Of a DNA stretch of 21,576 nt, positions 17,941 through 21,576 are shown piece by piece. Numbering within the stretch: the stretch's first letter is position 1; every line of letters starts with the position of its first letter. The stretch lies in contig CAZQEZ010000076.1 of the NCBI GenBank assembly GCA_964592475.1, forward strand, positions 1-21,576, written 5' to 3'. Under the pieces are notes generated by a model. It was not told the origin of the DNA. It worked only from the letters and a program-made list of their open reading frames with translations, and did not search any database. Both the position numbers and the translations under genes were made by a program. Source of the DNA: an uncultured Roseivirgaceae bacterium (lineage in GTDB: Bacteria > Bacteroidota > Bacteroidia > Cytophagales > Cyclobacteriaceae).

Positions 17941-18294
17941 TGATCATGAAGACGGCCAACTTCTAAAAAAGGCCACCAGAAAAGTAAGGGTAATCCCGCC
18001 CGCTGGTTTAATGTGAAGCCTGGCTTTCATTTTACTAGTGTAAAAAGCGGCTTAGCGGCTTCGAAAGTTCGGGGATTTCGCAGGTGTACCTTGTTTGCAT
18101 TGTTGTACCCTGTTTTTGCTCTTTTCGGCTACGGTCGCAAACAGCGAAAATAATTTGCAATCAATCCAAGCGAGAGGAATTTGCTTAACCGAATTTCCGC
18201 CGTAAGCGGTGGCTGGTTTACCTTTTACTTTTTCTTTAAATTGAATTATTGGCCCAATAATTATAAAATTGATTGTTTTATTAAAAATTATCTT

Positions 18295-19398
18295 ATGATG
18301 AAAAGAGTGAGAATTAATTCGGGTTGGGTAGGCCTGGTTTTTCAGAGCAATGAATATAAAAAAGTTATCACTGCCGGAAAGCACTGGGTTTCGATGTTTG
18401 CCACTGTGCGATTGTACAATATGGCTTCCACCTTTATACCTCCGGTCGAGCTAAATCTTTTGTTGAAGGATGAGGCGCTGGCTGATTTGCTAATCGTACT
18501 GGATGTGAAGGATAACCAAATAGCGTTACAATATGCAGATGGCGTATTTGTGAAGGTGCTGAAACCTGGTAGGCATGTGTATTGGAAAGGAGTAGTTGAT
18601 TACAAATTTAATACTTATGACTTGAATGAGCTGATGGTACCCAAAACACTTGATCGTAGCCTTTTGAGTAGGCCTGAAGTTATTGAATTTATCAGAATTT
18701 ATGTGATTAGTAGTTTTGAAAAGGGCCTGTTATATGTAGATGGTAATTTCAATAATACATTGGATCCCGGAACCTACTATGTTTGGAATAACAACCTGAA
18801 TGTACATTTGTACAAAGCTGACTTGAGACAACAACAAATGGAAGTTTCAGGACAGGAAATGTTGACTAAAGACAAAGCTGCTGTTAGAATCAACTTTTTT
18901 GCTTTGTATAAAATTGTTGATATCGTGAAAGCTTTGGCTGAAAATAGCAACTATGTACAACAATTGTATGTTTTGATGCAACTTGCATTGCGAGAATTTG
19001 TAGGAATGTACACTTTAGATGAATTGCTGGAAAAGCGTGAATCCATTGCCGAGTATGTATTGAAAACTTTGAGTGAAAAAGCAGACAGGCTGGGTGTAAA
19101 TCTACTCGACTGCGGTGTAAGGGATATTATACTGCCGGGAGATGTAAAAGAAATCATGAGTCAGGTGCTGGTGGCTGAGAAAAAAGCTCAGGCAAGCGTA
19201 ATCACCAGAAGGGAAGAAACTGCTTCGGTGAGGAGCATGCTCAACAGCGCAAAATTGATGGATGAAAACCCAATGCTTTGGAAGCTGAAAGAGATGGAGT
19301 ACGTGGAAAAAATCGCGGACAAAATCAATACCATCAGCTTGTCTGGTGGCAACCAGGTGCTGGATCAATTACGTGATATATTTACTTCAGGAAAATAA
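18295..19398 (+). CDS. SPFH/band-7 domain protein (slipin-like). An N-terminal degenerate SPFH-like segment is followed by a well-conserved SPFH domain.
   Basis: 368 aa from MMKRVRINSG. GQEMLTKDKAAVRINFFALYKIVD...LALREFVGMYTLDELLEKRESI...LGVNLLDCGVRDIILPGDVKEIM..AEKKAQA is the SPFH signature. The N-terminal VRINSGWVGLVFQSNEYKKVITAGKHWV resembles an SPFH domain start. An upstream in-frame start at 18181 is possible but less likely. Confidence 0.8.
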   Translation: MMKRVRINSGWVGLVFQSNEYKKVITAGKHWVSMFATVRLYNMASTFIPPVELNLLLKDEALADLLIVLDVKDNQIALQYADGVFVKVLKPGRHVYWKGVVDYKFNTYDLNELMVPKTLDRSLLSRPEVIEFIRIYVISSFEKGLLYVDGNFNNTLDPGTYYVWNNNLNVHLYKADLRQQQMEVSGQEMLTKDKAAVRINFFALYKIVDIVKALAENSNYVQQLYVLMQLALREFVGMYTLDELLEKRESIAEYVLKTLSEKADRLGVNLLDCGVRDIILPGDVKEIMSQVLVAEKKAQASVITRREETASVRSMLNSAKLMDENPMLWKLKEMEYVEKIADKINTISLSGGNQVLDQLRDIFTSGK

Positions 19399-19404
19399 AA
19401 ATAG

Positions 19405-19433
19405 AGGTGCTCCAATGGGGTGCCTTTATTTTG
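19405..19433 (+). terminator. Imperfect GC-rich hairpin (AGGTGCTCC-AAT-GGGGTGCCT, with G-U pairs) followed by TTATTTTG, between convergent genes.
   Basis: It lies 7 nt after the slipin stop. The stem contains wobble pairs. Confidence 0.3.
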
Positions 19434-19455
19434 TTGAGGGTATTAATATACTAAT

Positions 19456-19854
19456 TCAATTGCAACATACACTTGTAAATTCGATTGTTTGACCGTAAAT
19501 AACGTATTGGTCAGTCTCAACAAATGCCCGTACGGTATAGGTGGTATTTTTTATTAATAAATCGTTTAATGTGATAGCAAAAGTATTGTTTTCTGGTTTG
19601 CCATTAAGTCTTACCTGAGAACCTGAAATTAGATCAGGGTTATTTCCTTGGCCCCATACAAAACCGTAACTTTGTATTTCTGTCTCTCCTCTATAAGTTA
19701 TTTCTGCCTTGTATATTACTTCTTCCATAGTATTTACACTAATATCTAGCGTTTTTATTCTAGGATAATCTATATTGAGCCTTTCTTCTTCAGTACAACT
19801 GAGTAAAAATGGAAAGCAGTACAGTAAAATGATCAATTGAAATGTAATTCTCAT
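19456..19854 (-). CDS. Lipoprotein of unknown function.
   Basis: 132 aa with signal peptide and lipobox (FPFLLSC). Confidence 0.55.
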   Translation of the reverse strand: MRITFQLIILLYCFPFLLSCTEEERLNIDYPRIKTLDISVNTMEEVIYKAEITYRGETEIQSYGFVWGQGNNPDLISGSQVRLNGKPENNTFAITLNDLLIKNTTYTVRAFVETDQYVIYGQTIEFTSVCCN

Positions 19855-20055
19855 CGTGAAATAATTAAAACAAAAGAAAATCGATTATTATTAACTTGAA
19901 TATCCAAGGTGTTACTTAAATTAGAAAATAGAAAATACCGCAATGCCAATTCAGACTTAAAATTTTTAAAAGGTTTTTGCCAACTTATTCCTGTCCAGAC
20001 AGATGATTGTGTATTGTTGGTAGTAAATATTTTCCTTTCTGGCTGTATATAAATA

Positions 20056-20520
20056 TTATTGCCTACAATCACTAGATAGGTAACTTAATATGTTTCTCCA
20101 CATGTTATCATGTTTAACCATGAGTTTGCCATCTACAATCTCTTCCTTTTTACTGTAAGTTAAAGTATGTTTCTGGTCATCTTTTTGTACAATAAACGAG
20201 CTACCATACCTATATAAGCTTATGGTTCCTAAAACTAATGCCTCAACAAATGAGCTATCTACTATTTGGGAAATATAGGATTTGCCATTTGAAAAAGAGT
20301 AAGCTTTAATCTGATTAGGTGAATATTTAATAATATTTTCCTTTCGCTTAAAGTTACAGTGGCTATACATTCTTCTTGCATTACTTTTTTCAACAAAACC
20401 TTCAATTGTATCATTGTCAAATGTTACCACATAACCGGGCAAGAAGTTGTTCTGGGCAAAAATATTTATAGTTACATTTAATGTGATAAGTAAAAATATT
20501 ATTGTTGTTTTTGTTTTCAT
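20056..20520 (-). CDS. Secreted hypothetical protein.
   Basis: 154 aa. N-terminal signal peptide MKTKTTIIFLLITLNVTINIFAQ. Confidence 0.55.
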   Translation of the reverse strand: MKTKTTIIFLLITLNVTINIFAQNNFLPGYVVTFDNDTIEGFVEKSNARRMYSHCNFKRKENIIKYSPNQIKAYSFSNGKSYISQIVDSSFVEALVLGTISLYRYGSSFIVQKDDQKHTLTYSKKEEIVDGKLMVKHDNMWRNILSYLSSDCRQ

Positions 20521-20696
20521 AGTCTTAATGGCAAAGAAGCCGAGGAGAAATCCCCTCAGGCAAGTAGCTGGCTGCTAAAAGTAGAAATCTACACTGCACG
20601 TTCCTTTTATCTGAAGCTTGGCATAGGATTCATCGAAATGAACCGTTTTTTATTGGCTGCATCCGACCTGAAGCTCCGAAAATATCGCTGGCCCAT

Positions 20697-20711
20697 ACCT
20701 CAGGCTGAGGT
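20697..20711. promoter_or_regulatory. Perfect 7-1-7 palindrome ACCTCAG-G-CTGAGGT in the divergent intergenic region.
   Basis: Read directly from the sequence. It lies about 180 nt upstream of the minus-strand gene start and about 65 nt upstream of the plus-strand ORF. Confidence 0.3.
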
Positions 20712-20774
20712 GAACATTAACCCAAAAATAGGAAATTAATTAATTACTTGTAGTCTTTTTTAGCTTAAAATAAA

Positions 20775-21065
20775 TTGGATGAGAAAAATCCCGGATTCAA
20801 TGATTTCGGGATTTTTTATGTATTACTTTGTGCTTTAATTCTTATAAAAAAGCATAACCATGTTCACCATATTTTACATTTGTTGAAAAAAAATCCAGCC
20901 GGATATACAGTTGAAGACCTACTATTTTTATTACAGACTGAATTTGGTAAGGATGCCCGGTTTACCACCTGTGGAGACCATTCGCTGGATTGTAGGCAAG
21001 CCATCGATTTTGTTCTGATCCGGGAAAAGGCAGTTTTATCCGGGGGCAAAATTTTAATTAATTAA
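20775..21065 (+). CDS. YecH-like (DUF2492) putative metal-binding protein. There is no in-frame ATG. The ORF as drawn starts at TTG 20775, so the start is uncertain.
   Basis: HNHVHHILHLL..GYTVEDLLFLLQTEFGKDARFTTCGDHSLDCRQAIDFVLIREKAV matches the YecH family pattern (HGH.VL.......YT.E.L......FG.DARFHTCS.......E...FL). The only ATG codons in the region are out of frame. Confidence 0.5.
   Translation: MDEKNPGFNDFGIFYVLLCALILIKKHNHVHHILHLLKKNPAGYTVEDLLFLLQTEFGKDARFTTCGDHSLDCRQAIDFVLIREKAVLSGGKILIN
20785..20817 (+). promoter_or_regulatory. Terminator-like hairpin AAAAATCCCGGA-(10 nt)-TCGGGATTTTTT, with an A-tract on one side and a T-tract on the other. It lies inside the first codons of the TTG-initiated YecH-like ORF.
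   Basis: ATCCCGG pairs with TCGGGAT (one mismatch). The stem is flanked by A5 and T6. Confidence 0.4.
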
Positions 21066-21333
21066 TTCACAAATAGAATCCTGCTGATTGGCATACTGAC
21101 TCTTGGCAAGAGGAAGGTAACTAGTGAGTGAATTTGGTAATAAAACACTAACTGCCAGGGGTGAGGTTGTATAGAGAAGAAAAATTTATGGAACATTATA
21201 AAATTTAATACAACCCCCTCGCCTTATAATAGTGGAAAAAAGTTAAAGGGCAGAAAATGCAGGATTTGCCTTAATTTCTTTATGGATCAATACCGGATTT
21301 ACCTTATCTTTCAGGTTCGAAATTAAAAACCCA

Positions 21334-21576
21334 ATGATTATGAATAACATAATAAAAAATGCCTTAATAGGCTTAAGCATAAGTTTTATATTCTTAGCCT
21401 GTGAACCACCGGTAAAGGAAGAAGCCCATAAACCCAACATCATTTACATCATGAGTGACGACCATGCCTACCAGGCCATCAGCGCCTATGGCCATGGATT
21501 GAATGAAACCCCGAACATCGATCGTTTGGCAGAAGAAGGAGCCATCTTCTCCAGGTCTACGGTAACTAATTCCATC
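21334..21576 (+). CDS. Sulfatase (arylsulfatase family), N-terminal 81 codons. The gene continues beyond the window end.
   Basis: Signal peptide or lipoprotein-like start (LIGLSISFIFLAC), then PNIIYIMSDDHAYQAISAYG...NETPNIDRLAEEGAIFSRSTVTNSI, the conserved sulfatase N-terminal motifs just before the C/S-x-P-x-R active-site motif. Confidence 0.85.
   Translation, partial: MIMNNIIKNALIGLSISFIFLACEPPVKEEAHKPNIIYIMSDDHAYQAISAYGHGLNETPNIDRLAEEGAIFSRSTVTNSI

Noticed and set aside
18046-18061. Tandem direct repeat AGCGGCTT-AGCGGCTT, similar to the hairpin arms at 553-581.
   Set aside because: It is only two 8-nt units with no array structure and is too short to interpret, so it is not CRISPR-like.
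18052-18384. 110-aa minus-strand ORF overlapping the slipin gene start and its upstream leader.
   Set aside because: It overlaps a strongly supported SPFH gene and has a low-complexity translation, so it is probably spurious.
21311-21325. AGGTTCGAAAT just upstream of the sulfatase start, which resembles a tRNA T-loop.
   Set aside because: There is no flanking T-stem, acceptor or D-arm, so this is a chance match to the TTCGAA core.
1-21576. Scan for CRISPR arrays, integrases, transposases, toxin-antitoxin pairs or multi-gene defence islands.
   Set aside because: I saw no regularly spaced repeats, no integrase or transposase ORF apart from the resolvase remnant, and no recognisable defence-system domains in the translated ORFs.

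Overview
This is an AT-rich chromosomal segment whose promoter-like TAnnTTTG motifs, lipoprotein signal peptides, long-form IspG and MmcQ, sterol-desaturase and sulfatase neighbours point to a Bacteroidota-type genome. The intact genes are housekeeping or envelope functions. On the minus strand: a PoxB-family TPP pyruvate oxidase, a lipoprotein, MmcQ/YjbR, long-form IspG, ZupT, OtsB, a LETM1-like membrane protein, GalE and Tdh. On the plus strand: a fatty-acid-hydroxylase/sterol-desaturase protein, a MutS-related membrane ATPase, a tandem SPFH/band-7 (slipin-like) protein, a YecH-like metal-binding protein and the 5' end of a sulfatase. Mixed in is a notable amount of gene decay. The window opens with a frameshifted gene 3' end, followed by a serine-recombinase (resolvase) remnant that lacks its catalytic N-terminus. 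An FtsX-type ABC permease remnant (intact N-terminal 18 codons, internal deletion, 3' truncation) runs head-on into a multiply frameshifted di-heme c-type cytochrome remnant. The most unusual locus is 17795-17945: a cluster of tRNA pieces in non-canonical order, including a tRNA-Leu(CAG) 5' half immediately preceded by its perfectly matching T-arm and 3' acceptor strand, which is a circularly permuted arrangement. Other points worth a second look are a promoter- and terminator-bounded ~170-nt unit with a 30-codon ORF between tdh and the tRNA cluster, a terminator-like hairpin inside the 5' end of the YecH-like ORF (which has no ATG start), and a 7-1-7 palindrome in a divergent intergenic region. 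I found no CRISPR array, integrase or obvious defence-system genes. Every family assignment rests on motif-level reading of the translated ORFs, with no database search.
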